Assembly (NCBI GenBank): GCA_009103225.1
Contig: RHPI01001302.1
Coordinates: 1-45,117, forward strand
Direction: 5' to 3'
DNA length: 45,117 nucleotides
Source of the DNA: Chlorokybus atmophyticus
Lineage: Eukaryota; Plantae; Mesostigma and Chlorokybus algae
Positions 1 through 13,370 of the stretch are shown here, in pieces (position 1 is the stretch's first letter; every line of letters starts with the position of its first letter). A program made the translations under genes and the position numbers. Under the pieces are notes generated by a model. It did not search any database. It had not been told where the DNA came from and worked only from the letters and a program-made list of their open reading frames with translations.

Positions 1-87
1 AGTCCCGACGGCACAGCCTGGTTGTGCCGTCTGCGCCGAAGAAGTTGACTGCTTGTGCCGTGAACGGCACGCACTGCAGGCGCCACG

Positions 88-737
88 TGTTTGTTCTTGT
101 CTTCATAGTTGCTTAATTTCTTGTATTTGTCTCGTGTGTAGAAGGCCACAGAGTCCGCTTGCTCTTCCTTCTTTGAGACGCGTTGCTCCACAGTGAGCAA
201 CTTGGGTAGCACATCGTCTAGGGTTAGCTCCGATGACGATGTCTCGAGCAGAGTAGCGACAACTTCGTACTCTAATGGCAGTCCTGCAACAATCGCCAAT
301 ACGACCTCCGTCTCTTCCATCTTGTGACCGACGTTGATGAGGTCCGCCCACAGCTCTCTCGCACGTGCAACATACTTTGTGACCGGCTCGGCCGTCTCTT
401 TATGAAGCGCGCTTAACTGCTTGCGTAATTGTATCTTTCGGGCGTTGTTCTTGGCTTGAAATACGGCTGCAAGCTTCTCCCAAGCTTGTCTGCCATCTTC
501 ACATGATGTGAGCATGGGAAAGTGATGTGGCTTGCAGTTAAGCACCATCAAGGAATGTGCTTCAACCGAGTGTTCAAGCCAGATGCTTTCTTCTCCTGCT
601 CTTGGTGCAGATGCCTTCGGGTCAACAAACTTCCACATCTTCTTGTGGATAAGTAGTGCCTTCATCTCTACGCACCAAGTGCTGTAGTTGTTTGTGTCCA
701 GCTTTGTGATCAGCCCTTTATCGTAGCTTGCCTCCAT
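88..737 (-). CDS. gag: Ty1/copia gag (element A), open frame that diverges from the family before the zinc knuckle
   Basis: Manual translation from ATG 737: MEASYDKGLITKLDTNNYSTWCVEMKALL...WEKLAAVFQAKNNARKIQLRKQL...GLPLEYEVVATLLE, clearly homologous to gag at 6411. Similarity is lost near position 90. Confidence 0.85.
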
Positions 738-789
738 CTTTGCCGCGCCTGCTTTCTTCTTGCAGTTAGCACTTGAGACTTGCTTTGAT

Positions 790-1035
790 AATCTTCACGT
801 GTTGTGACTTGAGTGACTTTGTTGACTTCAGTATCTTTAATCTACACTTCACTCTTGAGTGACTTCAATGACTTCGGTCTTGAATGACTTCGGTCTTCAC
901 TTCACTCTTCAGCGCCTTCAGCCTTGAGTGACTTCGGTCTTCACTTCAGTCTTCAGCGCCTTCAGTCTTGAGTGACTTCAGTCTTCTCTTCACTCTTCAG
1001 TCTTGAGTGATTTCGAGCTTCACTTCAATGCACTT
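790..1035 (-). repeat. Degenerate tandem repeats in the 5' UTR of copia A
   Basis: Repeated GAGTGACTTC(A/G)GTCTT / CTTCACTCTTCAG motifs between PBS and gag. Confidence 0.75.
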
Positions 1036-1091
1036 TGTCACTTTTCTTCACTTCGCTTTCTTTCTCTTTCTTACACTCTTCACGCGTAGTG

Positions 1092-1104
1092 TGGGCCCAT
1101 AACC
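1092..1104 (-). promoter_or_regulatory. Primer-binding site, half-tRNAiMet type (copia A)
   Basis: Reverse strand reads TCAACA|GGTTATGGGCCCA, the Drosophila copia/Osser-type PBS. Confidence 0.9.
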
Positions 1105-1506
1105 TGTTGAGAAGCAAGCATGCAAGTGAAGAGGGCAAGCAATGACACACAAAAGAAGGCAACACACTTCCCAATTTATTACCAACAAACCGCGGGGTTA
1201 TATACCCACCAGTCAGTACACAGTTTGTACACACTGCTGGTCTACACGCAACAGCGTCCGATCTACTGAACCGAATTCTACGCTGTAAGATGTGCCACGT
1301 AGCTAACTTGATAAGCTTTTTAACAAGCTATGCCACGTCCCAAATGACTGAGTATTCTAGGAGATATGACGATTCTCCTAGGACCCTTCTCTGCAGTCCG
1401 CGCCAGGACCTTTATGTCCGGAGTCTTCGAGGTCCTCCCATCGAGGTCCCTTCTCTTCTCTCTTGTATGCAAGGCAGGCTGACCGGATGTAGGAATATCT
1501 TCAACA
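1105..1506 (-). mobile_element. 5' LTR of copia A, inserted into the pol region of copia B
   Basis: TGTTGA...TCAACA termini and adjacent PBS. The right flank resumes copia B coding sequence exactly at ...ATGGGGTCG (compare 25230). Confidence 0.9.
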
Positions 1507-2651
1507 CGACCCCATCAAGGATAACTGTGCAGTCACCCTTCCGGAACACTATCTTTGCTCCCAAGCCCTCAGCAACTCTTACACAGAACAGACTTGCAAC
1601 AGCCTTTTGCACATGCAGGACGTTGCATAACAACACCTTGCGTAGTGTGTTACCAACCTTGCACTGGAGTCGTGCATTGCCAACTCCCTCAGCCACCAGT
1701 ATTTCGCCACCAAAGCCTGCCACTTTCACTGGTGACGTCAGCTTCCTATAGCCCTCCATCAGCTCCTTGTTGGGGGTGAGATGACGATCGCAGCTAAAGT
1801 CCACCACCCAAAAAACTGTGCCCGCCCTCGAACTGGATGCAGTGAAGACGACATGTTTCTCCTTGTGTTGGTGCTCGTTGCCGCTGGTGCTGGTGCTTGC
1901 TCTAGGTTGCCCCTGTTGTTTCTTCCTACAGTCCTTCACAATGTGCCCCTTCCAACCACACTCATGGCATGTGAGGTCTTTGTGACGAGGATTGCCCGGC
2001 TTGTTGCCCTTGTTGTTCTCTTTATGGTTGCTCTTCTTCCAGTGCTTGTTGGTGTAGAAGGCCACGGCATCAGCTTGCTCGTCCTTCTTCACAACCCTCT
2101 GCTCCACGGTGAGCAGCTTCAATAGTACATCGTCCAGCGTCAGCTCCGCTGACGATGTTTCCAGCAGTGTTGCGACGGCCTTGTACTCTGCTGGTAGCCC
2201 TGCAACAATGGCCAGCACTACATCCGTCTCCCCCATGTTGTGGCCGACGTTGATGAGGTTTGCCCATAGCTCTCGCGCGTGCAATATACTTCGTAATAGG
2301 TTCTGCTGCCACCTTCCTGAGTGCGCTAAGCTGCTTGCGTAGATGCAACTTTCTGGCATTGTTCTTGACTCTGAAAACGGTTGATAGCTTTTCCCAAGCT
2401 TGTCTACCATCTTCACATGCAGTGAGCATGGGAAAGTGATGCGGTTTGCTGTTCAACACAAGCAAAGAGTGTGCTTCTGCTAAATGCTCTGACCACACAG
2501 TGTTCGCTCTTGGTGTTGGTGGTGGTGCCTTCGGATCGACGTACTTTCACACCTTCTTGTGGATGATTAAGGCCTTCATCTCCACGCACAATGTGTTGTA
2601 GTTGTCGGTGTCCAGCTTTGCAATCTGCCCCTTGTCGTAGGTCGCCTCCAT
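1507..2651 (-). pseudogene. Ty1/copia gag-protease (element B), defective
   Basis: Gag, CCHC knuckle CHECGWKGHIVKDC, protease motif altered to WVVDFSCD, TGA at 2547-2549, frameshift near 2270. Confidence 0.9.
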
Positions 2652-2766
2652 CTTTGTCGTGCCTGCCTTCACTTGCAGTTGACACCCAAGGCTCTGCTAC
2701 CAACAAGCTACCGTAGTGTAGAACTACTATGCACACAAGCTAGTCTCACACTCCTCAAGCGTAGCG

Positions 2767-3198
2767 TGGGCCCATAACCTGTTGAAGGACTAGCATGCAC
2801 ATGTAGTTGAGGCAAGCATGGACACACAGAGACAGAGCTACCGCCATCAAAGCATACACATATCACATGACATTCATCTATTAAAAGTTGTCCGCTGGTT
2901 CTTATACCAGCCAGTTACACACACGTCTACGTTTGCAAGCACTGCGTAAGATATACTCAGCTTTTTTACGCGCATTAAGCTGTGTTGTCTTTCTTACAAC
3001 CAGAGCTTTCCAACAAGCGCTTACACGCCTAATACGAGTAAGTATACGCGGAGATATGAAGCGGTTAGTTAGACTCCAGTATGGAGTCCGGAGTCTGGTC
3101 CGACGACGCCATCTTGCTAAGTCCGGACCTAGTGCTCGTCCTTACAACCTTCTACTCCTGTGTGGAGGGTCGATGCTGATCGTATGTAGGAATGACTC
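2767..3198 (-). mobile_element. PBS (2767-2779) and 5' LTR (2780-~3198) of copia B; outer end eroded
   Basis: Reverse complement of the LTR family at 5857 and 23495; the terminal TGTTGA on the element strand is degraded. Confidence 0.85.
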
Positions 3199-4322
3199 CA
3201 AGCATTTACCATCCAGGGTGGGCTGAGAATTACAAGTCCTTGCGCGCATACCTCATCCACAAGTGGGAGTGCAACCATCCTTGGCCATCCATTCCTGCTG
3301 CTGTTCCTGGTCCGACTGCTTGTAGTGCTGCTGCTGCATCTGGTGCTACGGCTGCCTCTAGCGATCCTTCTCAAGCTGCTGTTAACGCTGCTCTTGCCTC
3401 TGCTGCTACTGCTGCTGCTACACTTGCAACATTGGGAGGGGTTTTGGAACCTGCTGGAGGTGATGAATGTGCAGGTGGTGATGAACCTGCAGGTGGTGAT
3501 GAACCTGCAGGTTGTCATCATAGAGACAGCAGTCGTGATGACTCCAGCGATTATGAAGCCAGCGATCACGAAGGCAGCAATTATATCAAAAGCCTCTTTA
3601 AACATACTGGTCCTCAAAGCAGTGGCGATGATGATGACGATGCTCGCAAGAAGAAAAAGTTGGAAGACGGTATCGCAGCTGCAGGTTCAGGAGTTGCCAA
3701 TGCCAGCAAAATAGCCAAGTTGATTGAAGGCTTGGTCCGAAATCTCCAACAGCAAGTGCCACAACTCCAGGTAACCCTTGGCCAAAGTCAACAGCGGTGA
3801 GTTTATGAGTATGTGTAATGTGTGAAGTCTCATAGGCTCTGTCCACTGCGATCTATGACACTACTGTTTCTGTGCAGCAACACCTAGAAGAGGCGTCTAC
3901 AAGCACCCAGGCCGTTGCATCCACCAGCCCTGATGTCAAGCGCATCCATGCAGCGGAGTTATCAGCTGCTGTTAAAGCAGTTGCCAAGGCTAGCCAACAG
4001 CATGCAGAGTTGCTGGAACAGGAGAAGAAGGTCAGAGAGGAGGCTGGGGGGCGCATACAAGAGCTGGAGGTGGCTCTTGCAAAGCAGGAGAAGGAAAGAG
4101 TGGAGGCCGAGAGGCGCATACCACAGCTGCAGGCCGCTCTCGATGCAGCTAATGCTGAGCGACGAAGGCTGCAGCAGGATCGGGCTATAGTGCATGACAG
4201 CCAGCGCGTACAACAGCTGCAACAAACTTTGCAAGAGCTGGGAAAAATCATTGCTCGGCGTGCAGAGCTGGGGAGGGAAGAAGCTAAACGTCTGCGCGGT
4301 GAACACACTACGTTGCAAGAGC

Positions 4323-4798
4323 TGTTGAGATTCGGACACTATTGACCATGCATGGATTTGGTGCAAGCACAAGTACACAGTACACACACTCTACCAGAGC
4401 ATACACACAAGGCTGATCCAAAAGGCTTTCCAAGGATTACAACAAAGTCACACCGCGGGCTTTTATACCCGCAAGTTCTGCACCTGTCTACTCTAGAAGC
4501 CACCACGACTTCTACACTCAACCGATTCCTGCGCTCTAAGTTGCACAACGTAGCTACTTTCAAGAGCTTTCCAACAAGCTATAACACGCGCCATACAATA
4601 ACGTAACCACCGAGCTACAACGTTTCTTCTACGGCGCCTGGAAGTCTCCAGACTCCGGACTCGACTCCGCGCCTGAAACCTTCTCGACTGAAGTCCTCGC
4701 CTGGACCTTTCTCGACTGGAATCTTCTCGCGCCTGAATCTTCTCGAGGCGATTCTTATCCACAGGGCAAGCTGACCGGATACAAGAATATCCTCAACA
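4323..4798 (-). mobile_element. Solo copia LTR with 5-bp TSD AGAGC
   Basis: AGAGC|TGTTGA...TCAACA|AGAGC; shares blocks with LTR A (GCTGACCGGAT...AATATC.TCAACA; CCGCGGG..TTATACCC). Confidence 0.95.
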
Positions 4799-5856
4799 AG
4801 AGCACCTCACCCATTGCAAGCGGATTGAAGATGACGTTAAGGCCGCCTTTACCAGTATCAACGAGTTGGATGAAGACTTGGTGCTGGCCTCTGAGGAGCA
4901 GGCTGCTGCAAAGCGGCGTGAGGAGGCGATACTGGTGCAACAGGCCACCAATGCACAGCTCCAGGAGGCTTCCACTCAGAAGCAGCGTGAAGATGCAGCG
5001 AAAGAGTTGTTGCCACCACTGCTGATAGGGACCGCTTACGACAGCAATTGGCCACAGCCGAGGGGGCCCAAAAAAAAAGCTGCACAACCTGCTTGACCAG
5101 CTTCAGCAGCAGCCCTCCACTCAAGCACAAAAGCTCCAAGCAGAGGTTGACGCCCTTGATGCAAAACTTCAGTGTCAGGAAGCACATCAAGATTCCATTC
5201 AAAAGAAGCATGAGGACTCGCTTCAGAACCTGTTGAGGTGGACCAGTGAGGAGAGGCAACGCTTGGAGACGGAGAATGTGAGCCTACGGCATGAGAGGAG
5301 CAGCTTGAAACGATCAGCAGCAGCACGCTTGGAGGAGATCCGGAGTCTGCAGGAGCGCATGCGCAAAGCCGAGAAGGCATCTCAACAAGAGCATGATGCT
5401 GCGCGCAAAGCCGAGGAGGCCTCTCAACAGGAGCATGACGCTGCGCGCAAGCTCCAAATCCAGCTTCAGCAGATGGCCTCCCTCTAGCAGCAGGCGCGTG
5501 AGGAGGCGGACCGCCTACAAAAGGAAAATGCAGAACTGAGTCAGCGCCTGCGTCAAGCTGAGAAGGTTAAGAAGAACCAGTAGGAGAGCGTCGGCCAGCT
5601 TTAGCAGCGGGAGTCCTCCGATCGGCAGAAGGCGCTTGAAGAGGCGGACCGCCTTTGAGAGCAGAATGCGAGCCTGAGCGAGCACCTGCGCCAAGTCGAG
5701 GAGGCCAAAAAGAAGCAAGAGGAGAGCATCCGCTAGCTTCAGCAGAAGGCGCTTGAAGAGGCGGACCGCTTACGAGAGCAGAATGCGAGCCTGAGCGAGC
5801 GCCTGCGCCAAGGCGAGGAGGCCAGGAAGAAACAGGAGAGCATCCGCCAGCTTCAG

Positions 5857-8800
5857 TGTTGAGAGAGTCATTCCTACATACGATCAGCATCGACCCTCCA
5901 CACAGGAGTAGAAGGTCGTAAGGACGAGCACTAGGTCCGGACTTAGCAAGATGGCATCGTCGGACCAGATTCCGGACTCCAGACTGGAGCCTTACTAACT
6001 GCTTCGTATCTCCGCGTATACTTACTCATATTAGGCGTGTAAGAGCTTGTTGGAAAGCTCTGGTTGTAAGAAAGACAACGCAGCTTAGAGCGCGTCAAAA
6101 GGCTAAGTATAGCTTACGCAGTGCTTGCAAACGTAGACGTGTGTGTAACTGGCTGGTATAAGAACCAGCGGACAACTTGTAATAGATGAATGTGATGTGA
6201 CTTGTGTATGCTCTGGTGGCGGTAGCTTTGTCTCTGTGTGTCTATGCTTGCCTCAACTACATGTACATGCTAGTCCTTCAACAGGTTATGGGCCCACACT
6301 ACGCTTGAGGAGTGTGAGACTAGCTTGTGTGCATAGTAGTTCTACACTACGGTAGCTTGTTGGTAGCAGAGCCTTGGGTGTCAACTGCAAGAAAGGCAGG
6401 CTCGACAGAAATGGAGGCGACCTACGACAAGGGGCAGATTGCAAAGCTGAACACCGACAACTACAACACATGGTGCGTGGAGATGAAGGCCTTGCTCATC
6501 CACAAGAAGGTGTGGAAGTACGTTGATCCGAAGGCACCACCACCAACACCAGGAGCGAACACTGTGTGGTCAGAGCATTCAGCAGAAGCACACTCTTTGC
6601 TTGTGTTGAACAACAAACCGCATCACTTTCCCATGCTCACTGCATGTGAAGATGGTAGACAAGCTTGGGAAAAGCTATCAGCCATTTTCAGAGCCAAGAA
6701 CAATGCCAGAAAGTTGCATCTACGCAAGCAGCTCAGCGCACTCAGGAAGGAGGCAGCAGAACCCATCACAAAGTATGTTGCGCGCGCGAGAGAGCTGTGG
6801 GCGGACCTCATCAACGTCGGCCACAACATGGGGGAGACGGAGGTAGTGCTGGCCATTGTTGCAGGGCTACCAGCAGAGTACGAGGTCGTCGCAATTCTGC
6901 TGGAGACGTCATCATCGGAGTTAACGTTGGACGATGTGCTACCGAAGCTGCTCACCGTGGAGCAGAGGGCTGTGAAGAAGGACGAGCAAGCGGATGCCGT
7001 CGCCTCAACACCGGCAAGCACGCAAAGAAGAGCAACCATGCAGAGAAGTACAAGGGCAACAAGCCAGGCAATCCTCGTCACAAAGACCTCATATGCCACT
7101 GGTGTGGTTGGAAGGGGCACATTGTGAAGAATTGTAGGAAGAAACAACAGGGGCAACCTAGAGCAAGCACCAGCAACAGCGGCAACGAGCACCAACACAA
7201 GGAGAAACATGTCGCCTTCACTGCATCCAGTTCGAGGGCGGGCACAGCTTTCTGGGTGGTGGACTCTGGCTGCGATCGTCATCTCACACCAAACAAGGAG
7301 GTGATGGAGGGCTACAGGAAGCTGACGTCCACAATCAAGGTGGCGGGCTTCGGTGGCGAAGTACTGGTGGCTGAGGGAGTTGGCAACGTACGACTCCAGT
7401 GCAAGGTTGGTAACACACTACGCGAGGTGTTGTTACGCAACGTCCTGCATGTTCCTAAGGCTATTGCGAGTCTATTCTCTGTGAGGGTTGCGGAGCGCTT
7501 AGGCGCGAAGATCCTATTTCGGAAGGGTGGCTGCTCAGTCATCCTTGATGGGGTCGTGCACATGGTTGGAAGCGCTGATCCGGGAGGGCTCTACCACGTG
7601 GAGCAGCCTCAAGACAGAGACATTCAAGCCATGGTGGTGAAGGACAAGGAGTCGCCAACATTGTGGCATCGGAGGTTCGGGCATCTCAGCTACGTCAACC
7701 TCACTCGCCTTGTCGCTGAGAAGATGGTCAAGGGCATCCATCTCAGCACAGAAGAACTCAAGACAGCATCAGGTGCACTTTGTGAACCATGCCTGGTTGC
7801 AAAGCAGCATGCTATGCCATTCCCATCATCCTCTTCTAGCAGTCAGCATCCTTGCGAGCTTGTGCACATGGATGTCTGTGGCCCTATGCGCATTGTGGCG
7901 AAGGGAGGGGTCAGGTACTTTGCTACATTCCTCGACGACTACAGCAAGCTGTCCATCATCTTTCCATTAACGCTCAAGTCAGAAGTTGCTGGAGCTGTGC
8001 GCACAGTTGTGGCCTTGTTGGAGACCCAGTCTGGCAACAAGATGAAGGCAATGAGGAGTGATCGAGGAGGGGAGTACATCAACAAGGAGTTGAAGGAGTT
8101 CTTCGCCAGCAAGNTTAGCAAGGGCATGCGCCACGAGACAACGGCACCCTACACCCCGTAGCAGAATGGAGCTGCTGAACGCCTCAACAGGACACTCTTG
8201 GAGCGCGTTCGAGCTATGCTCAACGACACAAAGATGGAAGACAGTTTGTGGAAGGAGGCGGTACTCACTGCCAACTACATCCGCAACAGGTCTCCGGTGA
8301 GCTCAGAGCAGAAGACTCCGTGGGAGCACTTCTATGGAGCCACACCAGATGTGAGTGGTATGCGTGTGTTTGGATGCACGGCATATGCACTAGTGCCTAA
8401 ACAGCTCGGGCACAAGCTGGAGCCGGTCAGCAAGAAGGGCATCTTCGTTGGCTATGAACCGGGTTCCAAGGCTTACAGGATCTTGCTCGAGGACACTCAG
8501 AAGATCATCGTGAGCAGGGAGGTGGTTTTCCACGAGGGATTATCACAACCAGAAGCAGGCTTCTTTCCTGAAGATGAAGCACAGCCGGAGCTCCTGAAAC
8601 AGTGGAGGCTACAGGCAAGGCCATCATCGACGATAAGGGTGAGCAGGACTCCATTGTAGCAGACAAGCAGTCGCACCTGCAGCAGGAGCACGCAGCTCGG
8701 AAATACCCAGTGAGGGAGAGAAAGGCACCTGACTTCCTACACAAGGCACACGTCGCCAGTGTGCAGCATGAGGAGCCAAGCACCTACGAGGAGGCATTGT

Positions 8801-10774
8801 TAGCACCAGATGCGGAGCAATCGCAGCGTGCTATGGACGAGGAGATTGCGTCACTCCATGCCAACAACACTTGGTCACTGGAGCAGTTACCGCAAGGAGT
8901 GAAGACCATTCCAATGAAATGGGTCTTCAAGGTGAAGCGTGATGGTCAGGGCAACATTGAGCGCTACAAGGCAAGGCTGGTGGCAAAGGGCTTTTTGCAG
9001 CAGGAAGGTGTGGACTTCAATGAAGTGTTTGCACCTGCAAGTAAGCATACCACCTTCCGTGCACTGCTAGCTATGGTTGCTGCTGAAGACCTAGAGCTGC
9101 ATCACCTGGATGTGAAGACTGCCTTCCTCTATGGAGAGCTGGAGGAGGAGATCTTCATCGAGCAACCACCTGGATATGAAGAAGGGGAGAGAGGCACAGC
9201 GTGCAAGCTGATCAAGGCACTGTACGGGCTGCGACAGGTTCCGCGTATGTGGCACATCAAGCTCACCAAGGAGATAGAGGCACTTGGCTTCACCGCATCC
9301 TCTGCAGACCCTGGGCTCTTCATCCATGCAGACAACGAGGTCTGGCTGCTCGTGTATGTTAATGATATCATCATCACCGCTAGGCAGGTGCACCACCTGC
9401 AGGAGACGAAACTTGCTCTACAGCAAGCATTCTCAGTTCGTGATCTTGAAGAGGCCAAGTGGTTCCTTGGCATGGTGATCGAGCGCGACAGGGCGGCTCG
9501 CACAATCAAGATCAGTCAGGAGCAGATGGTGAGAAGACTCGTCACCAAGTTTGGGCTCACTGAAGCGAAGACCAAGACCACACCGTTGGCACTTGGCACT
9601 GCCCTCATCAAGGCAAAGGATGAGGAGGTACTCGACAAGGCTCAGTATCCATATGGTGAGATGGTAGGCAGCATGCTCTATCTGGCAGTGTGCACACGTC
9701 CCGATGTTGCACATGCCGTGGGAGTACTTGCTCGCTACATGTCTGCACCGAGCATGGAGCACTGGGGAGCAGCAAAGGGAGTACTACGCTATGTTGCTGG
9801 GAGCGCAACAGTTGGCGTCAAGTTTGGGAGCGGGAGCACTGAGTTGGAGGGCTACTGCGACTCGGACTTTGCTGGTGACCTCATTAGCAGGAGGTCCACT
9901 ACAGGCTACGTCTTCAAGCTGAATGGAGGCGTGGTGAGCTGGAACAGTAGGCTGCAGCCAACAACAGCAGCATCTACATCAGAGGCTGAGTACATGGCAG
10001 CGGCAGTAGCAGTGAAGGAGGCACTCTTGCTTCGCAAGCTCATGGCAGACTTGGAGCACCCCATGGCGTGCATCGTCATCAACTGTGACAACCAAGGAGC
10101 CATTAAATTGTTGAAGCACCCTATCGCCTCGGCAAGGACGAAGCACATTGATGTCATACATCACTTTGTGCGTGACAGAGTCACAAGGAAGGAGGTGGAG
10201 TTCCAGTACTGCAACACTGAGGGCATGCTGGCGGACTTCATGACAAAGCCATTGTCACCACTCAAGTTCAATACGTGTTGTGCAGGACTTGGCATCTGTG
10301 TTTGACTACAGGAGCAAGCATTGGAGGTCAAGCTGCTCGCGTGGGAGTGTTGAGAGAGTCATTCCTACATACGATCAGCATCGACCCTCCACACAGGAGT
10401 AGAAGGTCGTAAGGACGAGCACTAGGTCCGGACTTAGCAAAATGGCATCGTCGGACCAGACTCCGGACTCCAGACTGGAGCCTTACTAACTGCTTCGTAT
10501 CTCCGCGTATACTTACTCATATTAGGCGTGTAAGAGCTTGTTGGAAAGCTCTGGTTGTAAGAAAGACAACACAGCTTAGAGCGCGTCAAAAGGCTGAGTA
10601 TAGCTTACGCAGTGCTTGCAAACGTAGACGTGTGTGTAACTGGCTGGTATAAGAACCAGCGGACAACTTGTAATAGATGAATGTGATGTGACTTGTGTAT
10701 GCTCTGGTGGCGGTAGCTTTGTCTCTGTGTGTCTATGCTTGCCTCAACTACATGTGCATGCTAGTCCTTCAACA
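5857..10774 (+). mobile_element. Full-length Ty1/copia retrotransposon C with TTCAG TSD
   Basis: 427-bp LTRs at 5857-6283 and 10348-10774 differ by about five transitions by eye; PBS 6284-6296; TSD 5852-5856 and 10775-10779. Confidence 0.97.
6411..10305 (+). pseudogene. pol: Copia gag-pol (gag, CCHC, protease, GAG-pre-integrase, integrase, RT, RNase H) with two frameshifts and one in-frame TAG
   Basis: WVVDSGCD protease; LWHRRFGH...CEPC; HMDVCGP/DDYS/RSDRGGEY; KARLVAKGF, LDVKTAFL, LLVYVNDII; YCDSDFAG, RTKHIDV. Frameshifts at ~7005 and ~8600; TAG at 8159. Confidence 0.95.
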
Positions 10775-12463
10775 TTCAGCAGGAGGCCTCCGCTCAGCAG
10801 GAGGCCTCCGCTGAGCAGAAGGCACATGAGGAGGCCATGAAGAAGCTGGAGGAGAGTAGCGTCCAGCTTCAGCGGCAGGAGTCCTCCGATCAGCAGAAGG
10901 CGCTTGAAGAGGCGGACCGCCTACAAGTGGGCAATGCTAGTATGAGCGATTGACTGCGCACAGATGCGGAGGCAAGGAAGAAGCTCCGTGCAGCAGTGCA
11001 GTCTAGCAATGCAAAACCCCTGCAGGCCTTTCAACAGAAGCAAGAGGCTAGGCGTAAGCTGCAAACAGAGGTTGACTCTATCACTGATGACAGGAACCGC
11101 CTCCAAGCAAGAGTGGAGTCTCTCAATAAACCACTCCAGCGGCTGGCCTCTCAACAGCAAGAGACTGGGGGAAGTTGCAAGCAGAGGCAAGCAGGCAAGC
11201 AGACGCCCTGAATGCGGAGGTGGAACGCCTGCGTCAGGAAAATGTCAAACTCCAAAAGTCCACGCAGAAGCTCATTAAAGACGGCAAGCGACCAGCCACC
11301 ATGGACGACCCGGAACTTCTGAAGGTGCAGACGTGCCTGGCAGAATCGGAAGAAAACCCTGCTCAAGCCATGCAGCATGTCAGTCATACAGAGATGCTGC
11401 TCACAAATACCCAGCAGAGGCTCGAGGAAACGCTTCAGGTGCTGCAGCGTGTAACAGCAGCCGGTGGAGCTGGTGACATTCCTTCCACAAAAGGACTAAC
11501 GCCAGAGGCTCAACTTCAAGAGGAGCTCTCCGAGTAGCAAAGGGAGATCAATCGATATGGTATGCGGGTCACGCGATTGGAAGCTGAACGTCAGCGGTTT
11601 AAAGAGCAATAGATACACATGGAAGAGGTTCTGGTTGATGAGTGGATACGAGTTGTGGTGGAGGACTTCCTGGCTGAAAGTCCCGGCGCGCGGGCACATT
11701 TGTTGAGCAAAGAAGGAGCGCAGACTACGCAGGTGACACAACAGTCCTTGTGAGGTTGGCAACAGCTCATTGCTCCAGAGCTTGCGATTTGCATACAAGC
11801 TCTCAATGCCTGGGCGCAGAGGAACAATCAACCGACACGACCCACTTGGGACAATGATTCTGTTGCGCTGTGTGTTCTGATCCGAAACACAGCGCACCAT
11901 TACCTCCGTGACATCAATTGACGGCGAGTGGAGAATGGGCTCCCTTTGAACGCCAACACTTTAGAGGTATTTGGTGCTCTGCAGCCCGGGTTTATTGAAT
12001 TTTTGCTCCTGCTTAATTGGAACATGGCGAACCAATCATATGCACATCTCTCTCAGGCACAACGAGCGATTACGCACCAGGGCCCACATGAAACCAAAGA
12101 ACTGTATCACGGCTTGATCGGCTACTACTTGAGCGGACATCCATCAGCTCGACCAGCTCCACCACAGCCACAATCACAACAACCACCAGCAGCACCACCA
12201 CCACCACCATAGTGTGCAGCTATTCTGTTCAGGCATATAGACTGAGTCAACAGCACCCAGGTACTTGCTTCCAGTTGTAGGCTAAACTCATAGTGCAGCT
12301 GCAGGCTGGGCTTGTAGGCATCAATTCAATGTACATAGCATGCAGAACACATCTGCATAACTGTATACCGTACTGTATAGCATTGCATGTTCAATGCTTG
12401 CCCTGCTTGCTCGGCCTTTACACATGCAGTCGCACACAGTCGCACAATGCGCATAGTTGTCTA

Positions 12464-12644
12464 TCATGCCTATCGCCCAAGCATGCCAGTCGTCATCGGG
12501 CATGCCTACAGCGAGACCCTCGCCCGGCTTACCAGCATGGCAACCCGCGCACCGCTGTCATGCCTATCGCCCAAGTATGCCAGTCGTCATCGGGCATGCC
12601 TACAGCGAGACCCTCGCCCGGCTTACCAGCATGGCAACCCGCGC
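12464..12644. repeat. Near-perfect tandem duplication with 94-bp period
   Basis: TCATGCCTATCGCCCAAG...GCAACCCGCGC begins at 12464 and again at 12558. Confidence 0.95.
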
Positions 12645-13370
12645 GCGCCTCTGACCAGTAGCTAGGTCATGTCCCTAGAGTAGCTCGTGACCATAGCCTG
12701 CATAGGCACCGCGCGTAGCTGTTCAGTTGTGAGTTCAGTTATAAGTCCGGTTTTATATCGAGTGGGCATTTCCTGTGGAAATAGCCTCGATATGACCGTT
12801 AGCTTATGTTCTGGACAGTCATGAGTTGACTTGTATAAGTAGGCACAGTGTTCACCGGATCAGCTGGTGACACTGTAAGTGAGAAAGCTAAGAGCTTGTG
12901 AAGCGAGTTGAACTACGAACACACCGTCCTGGTTCCCAAGAATCCCCTCACCGTGTGAGAGCCTGTGCATGTTCTTGTGCACTGTGCTTGTCCTTGCTGT
13001 GAGCTTTGTGTCCTTGGTCGCGGTGTGCTTGTTGGCATCAGTCAGGGCATAGCATCCACGTGTTGCTTGCTCATTCACCTCACTTAACAGTGTAATTTCT
13101 CTCCCACTCACGCAAAGAACTGTGTAAACAGCACTACCTATAGTAGTGGCTTGTTGACTTACAGTGTCACCCTCTTTGCTCAAGTGAGTGTAGTTGCAGG
13201 CTGTACATCAGCATTGCAATCTGTAGTTGTACACATCACAGTGCAGTGTTGTCACCGTCATCGCATAGCGCGCACAAGCGCTAGTGTGTTGGGTGATAGC
13301 AGCACTGGAGATCCCATTGTAGAGCACAAACACTCTACCCTTCATCCACTTTCACCATTGCATCAGCTGT

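Larger units (their letters stand above)
3199..12212 (+). pseudogene. Long spliced Gln/Glu-rich coiled-coil gene split by a solo LTR and full-length copia C (pieces 3199-4322, 4804-5856, 10780-12212)
   Basis: Phase-0 GT-AG intron 3771-3877. Frame is restored across the solo LTR (EHTTLQE|HLTHCKRIEDD). QKALEEADRL repeats occur on both sides of copia C. Nonsense codons (TAG, TGA) and frameshifts are present. Confidence 0.7.

Noticed and set aside
1-90. Continuation of copia A or B at the window start
   Set aside because: The sequence matches neither the gag knuckle nor the interrupted B pol and is too short to classify.
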